64,000 nucleotides of DNA. Source: Chlorokybus atmophyticus (Eukaryota > Plantae > Mesostigma and Chlorokybus algae). The notes under the pieces are model-generated. The model made no database searches, had not been told where the DNA came from, and saw nothing but the letters and a program-made list of their open reading frames with translations. Numbering within the stretch: position 1 is the stretch's first letter; every line of letters begins with the position of its first letter. The DNA is taken from positions 62,001 through 126,000 of the forward strand of contig RHPI01002438.1 of the NCBI GenBank assembly GCA_009103225.1, given 5' to 3'. A program made the position numbers and the translations under genes. Below, in pieces: positions 27,262 through 39,591 of the stretch.

Positions 27262-30233
27262 ATGGAGGAGGCCGAGAGGCCAGGCCCCGCCCCCGTATCC
27301 CAGTACCCAGACAACCCTTACTCCAACGGCGACAACGGCAACGACCACGCCGCCCCCAACACGCAGCATGTCCCGCACGCCTTCCAGCTCGTGCTGGACG
27401 CGCGCTCCTTCCGCGCCTCGCAACGATTACCGATTCAGATCGCCCGCGTGGCCGCGCGCTTCACTGTCCCGCACGAACTCACAGGTGAGAAGAGGAGTTG
27501 TACGGGTGGGTATAAGGATGTTGTGCTTGATGTGGTGTGGTTGTTGGGTTGCAGATCTGGTTGTTGGTGGTGGCGCGGGGGCGCAGCTGAGAACGCAGCC
27601 GCCGGTGGAGGTGCAGCGCGGGTCCGAAGTGGCCCTTCCTAGCGGGTGAGAGGGGAGAACCCGCATGTGTGCTTGACAATCTTTGTGACACAACATGTGC
27701 AACACGTATGCAAATGTTGCCCACTGCTGCAGGCGCATGGCATTGAAGCTGCAGTGCTCCACATCGCAGCTGGCCTCAGCGTTGTCCTCCGCACCCGAAA
27801 TCACAGCCGAAATCTACCATCACGACAGGTATGTTGGGGTAGCTTACAGCATGCTAACGTGCGGTTTATTTTCATGTTTGCAAACAAGACTTGTCGTTGT
27901 GTTTCAGATATGCGGACCCGTCGCTGTTGGGACGGGCGTCCATATCCCTCGCGCCTCTGCTGCAGGAACCCGCCGTGGACGGGTACGCCCCCGTGACGAC
28001 CAACACAACAACAAGCGAAGGAGGAGAGCATCAGGTCACTGTGGGTGCGATCCGCATCATACTCACACTCACCGACTCGGGTGTGTTCCAAGTCCCAAAG
28101 CCCGAACCTCAGCCCAACAGATTGGTTGCATCTGCGGCGGACACACACACACATACCACTGCAAGAGTTGATAGGGTGAAGGCCACATCATCATCACAGA
28201 ATGAGGGTGATGAGGCAGGGGAGGGAGAGGGGAAGGAGGAGGAAAAGGCAATAATGTTGGGTAAGGTGAGGGAGGGTCCCGAGTACGAAGCCGCGCTCGA
28301 GCTCGAGGTGTGGAAGCGCGCGCAGCAGGCTCGTTTCCGTGCAGAGTTGCGTGCCAAAGAGGGTGAGCGCATGCGTGTGTTGGAAGAGGAGTGGCGAAGG
28401 CGTGAGAGGCAGCGAAGCGCGGAGCTGGCGGCCGCGCGGGAGAGGACGGGCGCGTTGGAGGCGAGGTTGAGGGGAATGGTGGCTGCATTGGAGGAGAGAG
28501 AGAGAAGGCTTGTGGCGGCGGAGGAGGCGTTTGCGCTAAGGCGGGAGGGAGCGGAACGGGAGAACGCGCTACGAGCAGGCGAGATGGAAGCAGTTGTGCG
28601 CAGAGTAAAGGTTGGTGCGGTTGCGTGTGCGTGCGCACGTATCGTGTGCGTTTTTGTTTGCGTATCTGCGTATAAGTGCATATGCAAATGTGTGTGTGTG
28701 CGTGCAATGTGTGCGTGTGCATGTGTGTATGCGCGTGCTCGTGATGGTGTGAATGTGCTGTTTGGTGTGGCAGACTGTTGCTAAATGAGAGACTGATTGA
28801 AAGACTCTGTTGTGCAGGCGGAGTGTTCTGTGGCGGTGCAGTCCGAGCGTGCTCGTGCGGCCGAGTCTGGCCGCCAGGCCGCGCAGCTGGAGCAGCGCCT
28901 GGCTGCGGCTAACACGCGGTACGACCAGCTGGAGCGCGCTTTCTATGCCGTAAGCACATATTCTATTCAAACATTATATACGCAAATGCAAATCACATGC
29001 GTGGAGTGATGCTTACGATACGACACTGTGAGCAGTACAAGGAGCAGCACAGGGCCACGCCAGAGGCGGCCCTGGCGGCGGAGGTGGCGGCCCTCCAGCG
29101 CCAGCTGGCTGAGGCGGAGCGGCGCGCCGAGGCCGCCGTGCATGCCAAACAGCAGTACCGTGAGCAGGTGGGTGTGCGGTTGGGCGATCCAAATGGTGGT
29201 GTGGGTCTTGAAGGCCTGTACAACGTACATGCTTATGTGTGTCTGTGCGTGTGTGCCTGTGGGTGTGTGGTGCAGGTGCTGAAGTTGGCGCGGGAGCTGG
29301 CAAAAGCCCAGAAACTGCGTGCGCATGCGGACAGCTCTGGTGGTGCGCACTCGCAGGCGGCGGAGATGGCGGGGAAGCTTGCGGAGGAGGAGGCACGCAG
29401 AGCACGGTGAGGCTTACGGCAGCATAGTTATGGTGTGTGAAGACACACGGACGCAACTCCTTGAACTCACACAACACTCGTGTGCCTGTTACAGGGAGGA
29501 TCGCATGGAGTTGCTGGAGGTGCGCTCGCGGCTCGCGGCGTTACAGATGCACGCAAACGCACAACAGCAGCAACAGCAGTTTCAACAGCAGCAACAGCAG
29601 TTTCAACAGCAGCAGCAACAACAACATCAGCAGCAACAGCAACAACACCAGCAGCAACAAACGCATGATGTTGGCGCCGCTGTTGCTGCTGCTGCTGCTG
29701 CCGCCGCTGCAGCGGCCGTCGCGTCATCCATGGCCAAACAACAACAACAGCAACAGCACAGCCACTTTTCGCCGAGCAAGCAGCGGGCAAGAAGAAAGGC
29801 CGGCGGGTACACTTCCTTGAGGCCGAGCACCGCACCGCAAAGCAACTTACAAGAGAGCGAAGCTGACTCGAAGGAGGAGAAGAGGGTGCGAAGCAGCAAA
29901 GCGGGGAGAAGAGAGGGGACACGAGAGATCAAGCGCATGCCTTTGCATCGGCACTCCCGAAGCGACATTGATGTGGACTTTGCGGCACTCGTGGACTCTG
30001 ATGATAGTCTCTGGGACAGTGATGTGTTCAAGGAGGATGCAGAGCAGACAGGCGCAGGAAGGGAGCATGAGCATGAGCATGAGCATGAGACAGGGGGTTT
30101 GGCTGCTGAAATTGACAGGTTGCTCAGGGAGCGCGCAAGCTTGATCACCACGGGAGTTTATGCGCCCTCAGATCCGGTCATTTGCAAACTGGATGAGCGC
30201 GTGCATGAGTTGAGTAGAAAGATCGCTGAGTGA
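27262..30233 (+). CDS. CEP120: Centrosomal protein CEP120 homologue (C2 domain + coiled coil), multi-exon
   Basis: HAFQLVLDARSF, TQPPVEVQRGSEVALP, AEIYHHDR..LLGRASISL (third C2 domain); EYEAALELEVWK..Q..F...L..KE.E.M..L.EEWRRRE; HAKQQYREQ; C-terminal RLLRERASLITTGVYAPSDPVICKLD, all matching CEP120 hallmarks. Confidence 0.9.
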
Positions 30234-30915
30234 GACTTCTAGCTGCTGAAGTATACTATATTGTGCGTATTATACCACATATTGTCTGCTATGCACGAGT
30301 AGCATGTATGCTTACCAAATCGCTGTTCGCAACTGTCATGTTCTTGTGAATAAATGTCCGCTATATTCATGCAATACAGTAAGAGGAGGTGTTAATGCGC
30401 AGCATTGCTCACAGCGCCTGGTTGTGCACCCAGGCTTTTACTTTGCGGTCATGATGGACATGGGAGTCTGACAAGTTACAAGCTGTAGCACACGCTAAAA
30501 CTGAAATCTGGCAGTTAGCATTGCGTGGTGGGCACATGGTGCAGCCATGGATTTTGTTGTACAGCATTTGGGATACGTGTCATGAAGGTGGCTGCTGTGA
30601 TAAAAGGAGGTATCACGCCAGGCTAGGGATAGTATGTTGCCATAACAATGGCCGCAGATCAGATCCGTCACCAGCCTTATGTGGTACCATAACAACATTG
30701 GTACCACAGCAATGGTCAGCTGCAAGTCAGCCAAGGGTTACATAATCCTTGGGCTCATGTTCAATGTAAGGCCATCTCAATAAACTGCTGGCACGATCTG
30801 TGAAGCTGTTGACAGGCTAACTACAGAACCGCAGGTATGGCTGAGGCAGTAACAATATCAACGAGAACAGTCAACCAAAAACCAGTTGATGCAATCCTTT
30901 GGAAGCCAACATCAG

Positions 30916-33107
30916 TCATTGCGGCTGTATGATGCGGTCGGTGGGCAAAAGAGAGTACGCTGCTGCAGTAGCAGAAAAGCCGCTTTTGTCTGCGCGCATG
31001 ACAAAGTAATCGCACTTTGACAGAAGCCACCATTCCCCAAATGCCTCCTGCAACCGCGGCGTGATGCTCTCCACTGTCTCTATCTCCTGGAACTTCACTC
31101 TTTGCCGCACCTTCTGGATGTGTGTGGGCTGTACATGCGTCACCATAATCTGCACCAACATGCACAACATAACGCCTAGATTAGGCACACATCTCTGCAT
31201 AGCAAGGGCACCTAGAAAGCACTTGCGAGTCAGACCAAACGTCCAGTCGATGCGCACACATTACACATGTCCACCGAGTGTTACAGACCTTGCTGCCGTA
31301 AGCTTTGAGCGCAACATCGCGGAGTGAGCTGCTGTCGGTAAGGAACAACCATTTTGTGATACGTCCTTCAGCCTTCTGAGATTCCAACAACTGCGGCGCA
31401 ACAAGTAAGCCGCAATGCTGATGGAAGTCCAGCATTGTCTCTCAAGCTGTCAATGTGGCATACCTGCGCAGCTTCAAAGTATCGGCGGAAAGGCACCTTA
31501 GCCTTATCCAAGTCTTGAAGTGCTACCGTCCTGTTTTCTTCCATGACACGATCGCCTGCGCGAATATGAATACCAATACAGAAGTAGACAGGGTTGTTCA
31601 GGATCGCCAAGTATGGCTGAAACTGCCGTTGCACCTCCAGTGTTGGCCTGCAAGTTCAATGCTATCAGTGAAGCCATGCCCAGCAGCTTTGATCACGCAG
31701 TTAATGTCTCTGGAGCTACACACAACTTGGGAAGCATGTTTGCCAAGGAAGGTTTGTACTGTGACACGGACCTTAGAAGGAAACGCAGCAAGCAGCCTTG
31801 CGCTAGATGATCTTCGCGAGGAAGCTTCATGCTTTCCATGATTGGACGCGTATAGTTGTCACCCCACAGAAATGGCGTCAGATCGCGGTTGAAATTGATG
31901 AACAGGACACGTTCAGGAAACATGGTGCGAAGCTTGTCTAAGGATCCATGAATCTGCGCTGTTCACAGTAGCAGTCATTGACACAGCATCAAGTCTAGCG
32001 CTTGTTGGTCAGATGCGTAATGTTGGAAACTTGGAAGCATTGTGGCAAAATGGATACAGACTGGCTGAATTTAGCTTACCCCATAGATTCCGCACTGCAC
32101 GTGCCAGCAGTTGTGCCAACTGTAGAAGCCAACAGAACCAGCCAGAGCAGACACATTCGCCCCAAAGTTTTGGCGCTCGTTGCCAGGGACCCCAGGCATC
32201 TGAGGGAGTAGCTTGTCCACTCTCGGCCCTCCATAAATGGTGTTGTCAAATGCGTACTGAACCAGCGGAGACCCGAACGTGCGCTCTGAGCCAGGCCAAT
32301 CAACCAACAACGTTCTGTTCATGAATATTGAGAGCATCAGCGTGGAGACCATCCCTTTGAACCGATCGGCTAAACCACCGCACAGCTCGTAGTTGTACGG
32401 GTTTCGCCCCACCTGCCGGCACCTACAACCACAGGTATGTTCTACACTCAGGTGGCATGACAAGGATTTCTTTCTTCGCATTCAAGCCAATGAGCGTGAG
32501 TGGATGACCATCATTGTCAGCACAGCCTTCGACGGATCCGCAATGCACTGTGTGCCTGTAAAGACTGTGATTCTAACATGCACAGTTCCAACCTGAAAAC
32601 AATAAATTTGCCCATCTTGTTCAACGTCTCCGCATCTGGATATTTCGCACTGGCGCGCAAAAGGCGCAGCTGGTTCATGGCTTCAGAGTGCTTTGCTGCG
32701 TAAGGCCGCATCCACGTGCCGCAAAGCTGTTCCCAGTTGGGTCGCGGTTTGCTTGGCAACAAGCTCAGCTCAGAGGTCACACCAGGGATGCCGCGACGAA
32801 GCGAGAGGCGCGCAGAAGCAGCAGAGTCTTCATCAGCGTCTTCAACATGCAGCTTCTTTGTTGGCGCATCTCGTCCACCTGCTGCTCCCCTCAGCCTTGC
32901 TTCTGTCAAGGCGGGCTGATGGCGGAGGTTATTCCCAGAGGCAAAGCCTGCCCGCCCGTCCACAGCAGCGAACTGCACATGGCTGAAACCTAACAGCATT
33001 ATAAACACGCCTGCGAGCACCATGATCGTGCGAAGCGCACGGAGAGAGCTGAGTGATGGCCGCAGCACAGCCAACCACCCTGCTCCCAATGACGAGGGCG
33101 AAGCCAT
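30916..33107 (-). CDS. Type II membrane fucosyltransferase-like glycosyltransferase (GT-B, alpha-1,2/1,6/O-FucT superfamily), multi-exon
   Basis: N-terminal TM segment (IMVLAGVFIMLLGF); CGGLADRFKGMVS..LLVDWP; IGIHIRAGD (motif I); WLFLTDS (motif II); EWWLLSKCDYFV...SGFS (motif III). Confidence 0.8.
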
Positions 33108-33618
33108 AGCAGCGGCCTGCACTGCTCCATGTAACCTTCTACCCGATCATCATCCGTGCGACTCAGCTGTCATAGCAGCTTACATGCTATTGTTGATCCC
33201 ACAGCTACGGCAACAGACCAGCTGAACGTGAAGCAGCTGGGTCAGAGGGGACACCCGCTCGGCACACTAAGTATTACTGGCAGCTACTTGCAAACGTCCA
33301 GTTCACAAGTCTTACGGGCATCCATGCAAGGTTACAGGAAGTGCAATGCCTACTAGCAGACACGCGCATGTACAACATGCACGTCAACGGCGCTCTTCTC
33401 AAGCCTAAACAGCCAACATCCGTCAGCCGCCACCATCGCCGTCGCCGTCGCCGCCGCTGCGAGCCAGACTGCACACTGTCAGTGCCAGCGTACACTGCTA
33501 CTAGCGTTGCGCTTACGCTAAGTCACACTATGCAATGCGTCATGCTTGTCTACGTTGTGCGTGACGTTGGTAAGTAAGCGCAGGAGTTGCTGTTGTGGGG
33601 CGGCAGCCGGTGGCGGCG

Positions 33619-35463
33619 ATGGTGCTGCGGATAGCGCTGAGGGCGTGGAGTACGCGAGTGCCCAGCGCGGCTGCGCTGTTGTCGCCTGCTTTGGAGCGGG
33701 TTTCAGAGCAATCGGCTTGTTCCAGCAGCAGACGTGCCACGACGGTTCTCCCTGCCGCTAGCCCTGCAGCATGCCGCCGTAGCTGGAGCTCTAACGTGTA
33801 CAGCGACTACGTCTTCGGGCATGGAGCTTCCCAGGGCGACTCGCAGCAGAGGCAGGAGTCGGACAATGAGCCTGAGTGGGAGGACCCTGCTGAGCTCCAG
33901 AAGCGACGCATGTTGGACGCGGCACTTAAGCACGTGGTACGTTACGTCGCACTCTCTTGGGGATTAAGCAGGCTAGTCAGTGCACAGGTCTTGCCAGAGG
34001 ACACCGCGCACAGCAGGTTTGTTGTCCTGCGTAAGAACTACACTGCGCAATACTTTCTATGAACCAACTAGAAAACAGTAGTCAATGCGGCCATGCATAG
34101 TGTTTGCATCCTTGTCAAATGCACGCGTCCGTACATGCACACATACACGTAGCTACGATTTATTTATATACCTCCACCAAGTGCAGCGCATGCTCCCAAA
34201 GTTCAACATATGCGGGTATCATAACCCCACAATAGCATATCGCTTTTGTCACCATTGATGCTTTTGCAGTTACGCCGTGCAGGTTTTCCTAGTACACAAG
34301 GAACTCACCTGCCCCATGTTTTATGTTTATTGACATTCATGCTGTTTGTCAGGGAGCTGTGGGCTGGTCGGATGAAGCATTGGCGAGAGGGGCAAGGGAC
34401 TTGAACTTGTCAGAAGCAGCGGTGGGCATGTTTCCACATGGAAGCGCTGACCTGGTTGAGTACTTTGTACGGAGATGCAATGACCAGCTGGCAAAGCAGC
34501 TTGAGCAGCGCACGGATGAGCTCGCCGCACTTCGAGTCCGAGATCGCATTAAGACTGGCGTCAGGTTGAGACTTCAAATGATCACCCCTTATATTCAACA
34601 GTGGCCACAAGCGCTTAGCATACAGGTAACCACAAACGCTACACAGTACCCACAACAAGCTTACATGCTGCTCAAGCTTACATGTGCTTGCATATACCTT
34701 TATGTTTGGAAGATACTGGTGAGAAAGGCATATCAGACACATTGTCGTTGTTTTCATGTGCGTATGTGTTGCCACTGTAGGCCAATCCCATGAATGCACC
34801 AACATTTGTGCGCTTGGGAGCAGAGATGGTAGATGCCATCTGGCGGGCCGCAGGAGACAATGCAACACCTACAGATCCCAACTGGTACTCGAAACGCGGT
34901 CTGCTGGCAGCGGTCTATGCATCGACCGAACTGTACATGCTAACGGATTTCTCTGACGGTGAGGTTTCGTGCACAGTTACTCTGTATTGCTGCCATTGGC
35001 TTGTGAGTCTGCTTGACATGCCTGACATGCTTTGCTTATCTTGCACATGCTTAGGGACGCATGCAAAGGGTTTGCATGTATCTTACAACCATTGCTTCCA
35101 ACCATGTGCATGTGATTCAACTATTGCGTCAAATTAAACCGATGCAACCGCCTTCACTGGTGTCAGGATCTGAGGAGACGTGGAAGTTTCTTGATCGACG
35201 CGTGGAGGATGTCATGGAGTTTGGCAAAAAGGCCAGACAGGTACGACACGCAACGGAACACGCCATTAGCATGCCTCCGCAGCATGGCATGTTTGTTCCG
35301 GTGATGTGGGTCACAGTTTCAGCTACCACCACGAACACAATAAATGATGCCATGTAACTGACCGCACTCCATATGCTTGTAGATGTCGGAGATGGCGGGA
35401 GCACTTGGAGGTAGCTTACAACACGTGTTTTCGAGTTTACTGCCAAACAGACCGAAGTTCTAA
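33619..35463 (+). CDS. COQ9: Ubiquinone biosynthesis protein COQ9, mitochondrial, multi-exon
   Basis: Presequence then RMLDAALKHV, GWSDEAL..GA, GMFPHG..DLVEYF, RDRI..GVRLRL, VDAIWRAAGD...NWYSKRGLLAAVYASTELYMLTDFS, ETWKFLDRRVEDV. Confidence 0.95.
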
Positions 35464-38238
35464 TTATCCATTGGGTTTCCTGCTGATTGGACTGCCACGT
35501 CTCAATGCAGCTTCTGAAGATGCCATTGTTGCTGTGCTCGTGTTTCCCCACCCATCGGTTACTTCAGATGGTCATTTGTATTTCTCTCTGTCAACATGCA
35601 AGGTATACCAAAGAATGCACATCATGCCGTGCACACACATGCATGATGTTGAAACACACGTAAAATGCAGTGTTTACTAGTTACAAAATTTGCGCGAGTG
35701 CAATCGTTAATGCTGTTGTTACATTACATGAGTTTGATGCCTGGCAGAAAGTAGTGCTTGTTACACATAACCTTGGCAGGTGCATTGGGCGCCACATGCA
35801 ACACAGCATGGCACTCCCGCTCCCCTTGCCAATTGTGAAAATCGTTGGCTCACTTCCGGCCCGCAGTTCCCTCGCATGCACTCACCCTAATCTCCCGAAT
35901 TCAAACCCCATGCTCCACGCAAGTCCTTCCTGATGTTTGAATGAGGCTTCTAAGGGAGGGGGGCGCTTGACCCCCACCTTTGTACCAGGGGGGCTTTGCC
36001 TTTGGCGGAACATTTGCATGTGGTGCACGAGCACATATGGTAGGTCTAGAATGAAGCTACTCGTAAGTGATACCATTGTTTATCATGATACTGGTGCGAT
36101 ATGAGCATGTGTATAGTTTAACATATCATAACATGCCAACTAACATGTGTAAGACCGAGGGTGCTAGCGGCTGCATAATCAGCAGCAAACTCAGAGAAAA
36201 GCTCAAGGGGCCAAGCTGTCTAGGCGTCTGTCCGTCCACAAGTGCATGCTGAAGTCTGCCCAAGCCCGGTCTAACCTCTCCTCTCCTTGCCTTTTCCCTG
36301 CGCTCTGCAGGTGGTACTCTTGCTGTCATCTTGCCATTGCCCCTGCTTATCGCTGCCTGAGGGTCTAGTGCTAATGATGATGCTGCTGTTGTTGTTGTTG
36401 TTAAAGTAGTAGTTGTGTAAGCTCTGTCTTGGCCCCCGCCTAAAGGTCTTGTTTGCTTGCTGTGCGGCCTGCTCTGTGTGTGCACTACTACTATCATTGT
36501 CTGAGCGTGCTTCGCGCGGCTCTGATGTAAGCTATGTTATATTCACCAGCGCATAAATGATAAACATGTGTAACGATGAAGTGGGTACAAAGAAGCCATC
36601 AATAAGCGAAGAAGCAAATCATAACACATCCTTTTTCAAGTTCAAGTTGATAAGTTTATATTATGTGTAGCATCCATGATGTAATGTTTGTTATCATCTA
36701 AGCTGGTTGCAAATTGTTAAGTGGGATGTTTATGTATATCATACTCAGCAACACACACACTTGTTTGTTCAAGCGAACGTTGCCTTTATGCTTGGGACTT
36801 TGTGCAAGCCTTTAACAATCATTGTTTAATGAGGTTTGCATGCTGCTAGGCAGTGCCCTGCTTAAAACAACATGATTGAACTCCATGTGAGCGTGTTCCA
36901 GGCATGGCCGTGATGTCACGCGGCGCATAATTATGCTTATGTGTGCATTAAGCATGACATGTAAGCACTACACTCTTTATGTGTGCAATCATGGGTTAAC
37001 ATCATCTTTACACCCCTATGTTCGCTTATACTTATGTTATCCTTGCCCAACTTTATTGAGCAAGGCATGGCAGCGTAAACGATCATTAACGCCTCCACCT
37101 CCACCTCCACCATCACCATCACCATGTGTGTATAGAGTAATAGAGATGGCACCATTATCCAAAATGTGTATAACAGCACATGTGTCACTTTGTCATACAG
37201 CGGCAATAATGAGCATACAATCAATGTACTTCAACATGCGGCAGCAAGCAAACAACAACGACGTTGTCGCTTTCATCGACGTAAACGTATTGCATTTTAC
37301 GCTTATATATGTACATGGTATAGTTTTCAATCAATAAGTAGGTAAAAGCAAAGCAATAGCAACACATCAACTAAACACTTAGGAGAAGGCAACAACCAAG
37401 TAAACAATTAGAGCTAGGCTAGGCTGCTACCGGTATGTGCTATGCAAGGTTCGATGGTGAGAAGCAGGGCTGGAGTCATCTCTCAAACATCTCGGGAGCG
37501 CAATTGAAAATCTTCTCACCTACCCCCCACTCCCACCATGGTGTCTGCCATGCACCATGGGCCATGGCACACACACTTTACGCCAAGGGAGTAATAGTTG
37601 CATACCTGCATATATCTCTCAACCTCTATGATCATTACCTGCATATATGGTGTGTGCTTGCGGGAACACCTCGCTCAGTTCTCTGTCGGCCAATGGCCGC
37701 AGCAAGGCCGGCGGCCGCGTTACTTCCATTGTATGAAGCGGCGACGGCCACCGGACGCGCTGGTCGAAACGTGTCGACCTTCAATCGATAAGATCCGCTT
37801 GCCCGCAGACAAGGAAATGCCGCCTCCAAGTCTCACGACGCGCCACGTCACGCAGGAGGCTTAAACTAAGGCTTGAACTGTTGCGCCACAGGCGCATAAC
37901 TGCGGTCAGCTTAACTGAGGGCGCCAAGCGTGGCAGGCGGTGTGGCCAGCGGCGGGGGCGGAGGCGGCGGCGGAGACGTCAATGGCGGCGAGGTAGTTGT
38001 TCGCAGATAATTTGGGATTCGGGATGACAGACGAGTGTTTGTGAACTAAGGTTTGCTGAAGATACGTGTTGAGGGCGCTGCGTCGGGCGCCCGCTGCGCA
38101 TCAGTGTTGTTGGAGCTGTGTTTAGCTTTTAGGGTTGATTCGGCTGCTCTAGCCTGGCGCCTGGGGTTGGCTTGCTGGAATGGTTGAGTGCTCGCTGCCC
38201 GCCTGCTTCGGCATGAGGTTGTAGCTTTAGCAAAGGCC

Positions 38239-39529
38239 ATGACGCCGTACGGCATGAGGACGGTGCCGTCCTTGTCGCCCTCCTGCCTGCCGCTGGCATT
38301 GCGACCAGGCACATTGGAGCGTAGTTTGGGTGCCAGCAAGCAGCGTCGTGCGCCTGCAGTGCAGTCACCTTTACCAGGCCGGCATCTATCATTAGGGTTG
38401 CGCAGCAATTGGCGATCAGGGTCGTTCTCCAGCCCGCTTCCTGGCACAGACCGCAGGAAAAGGTGGAGCTGCTGCCCCAACAGGCCTTCTCCAGCCGTCA
38501 GCTTCGCTGCTGCTCCTGGTGGTGGTCACCGCGCTGCTGCTTCCCAACGGGCTGCATTGCGACAGCCTGCTCACCGCACAGGTGTCAAAGTCGTTTGCTT
38601 TCTCAGTGCATGCATAAGAACACAGTTAAAAGTCAATGTAATATCTGTCATTAGGGTCTCTGCGAGTTGTTGAGTTGGAGTGAGGTTTGCAGTCATAGAC
38701 TCTCATCCTCCGCTTTGGCTTAGGTTTGGATCTGTGCGGGAAGTTGTGCATTGGTACCGCAAAGTTGGGTAGCAGTGTTGTGCAAGACACAGTACGTTGC
38801 AGTGTCACAATGTCACAACCGCATGAGCATTGGTGTGCATGTGTGCAAGCGTTGGTACCAGTGTCAATTAGCAGCGGTGTAAAGTACAATGTTATGAGCA
38901 TCCATAGCAGCGGTAACGGGTGCAAGCATGACGTGTGTTGTGCTGTGTGCGCAGATCATCAGCCAATTTCTTTGCAAGCGCTGCGTGCTTTCAGAGGGCC
39001 TCTGTTGGTGGCTGCCACTGTAGTAGCTACACAATTTATTGGAGCTGCCGCCGCAAGGGCTGCAGCTTCACTTGTCCCGCCTGCGTCGATCGCTGTGCCT
39101 GCTGCTGCGGTCGCTGTCAGTGCTGCTGCCGCCGCAGTCACGGTCACCGCAGCTGAACTGTGGTTAAATGGAGTTTTGTTGTTTATTCTCCTGACTGTAT
39201 CCGCTCTCTGTTCCATGTCTGAAACGTCCATCACAACGCTCTGGCCCTGGAAGGTGTGTACAGTCCAATTTGCATGGGTTTCAGAATGTGAATGTAGGAC
39301 TGGCTTCATGCTTGTCACCATTACAGGTCAGAGAACTTGCAGAACGCGAGGGTGAGGACAGTCCCTTCAACATGCTGCGAATAGACGTTACGCGCTTCTT
39401 GTCTACCATCCTTCTTCTTTCTACGTACGTGACGCCGTTTTGCTGCACAGCCACAGTCACTACTACCTGCTTGCTGTCTCTGCGTATGCTGCTTTTCCGG
39501 GGGAGAGGGGGGGAGGGGGGGGGGGGGGN

Positions 39530-39591
<62 letters not shown>

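Noticed and set aside
35700-37640. Transposon or gene between COQ9 and the Mg transporter
   Set aside because: No termini, TSD or recognisable coding motif found; the resemblance of 36400-36520 to 60080-60300 is too weak and compositional.
39499-39590. Functional G-quadruplex or unusual regulatory G-tract
   Set aside because: Pure homopolymer containing an N; its length is probably a sequencing or gap artefact.
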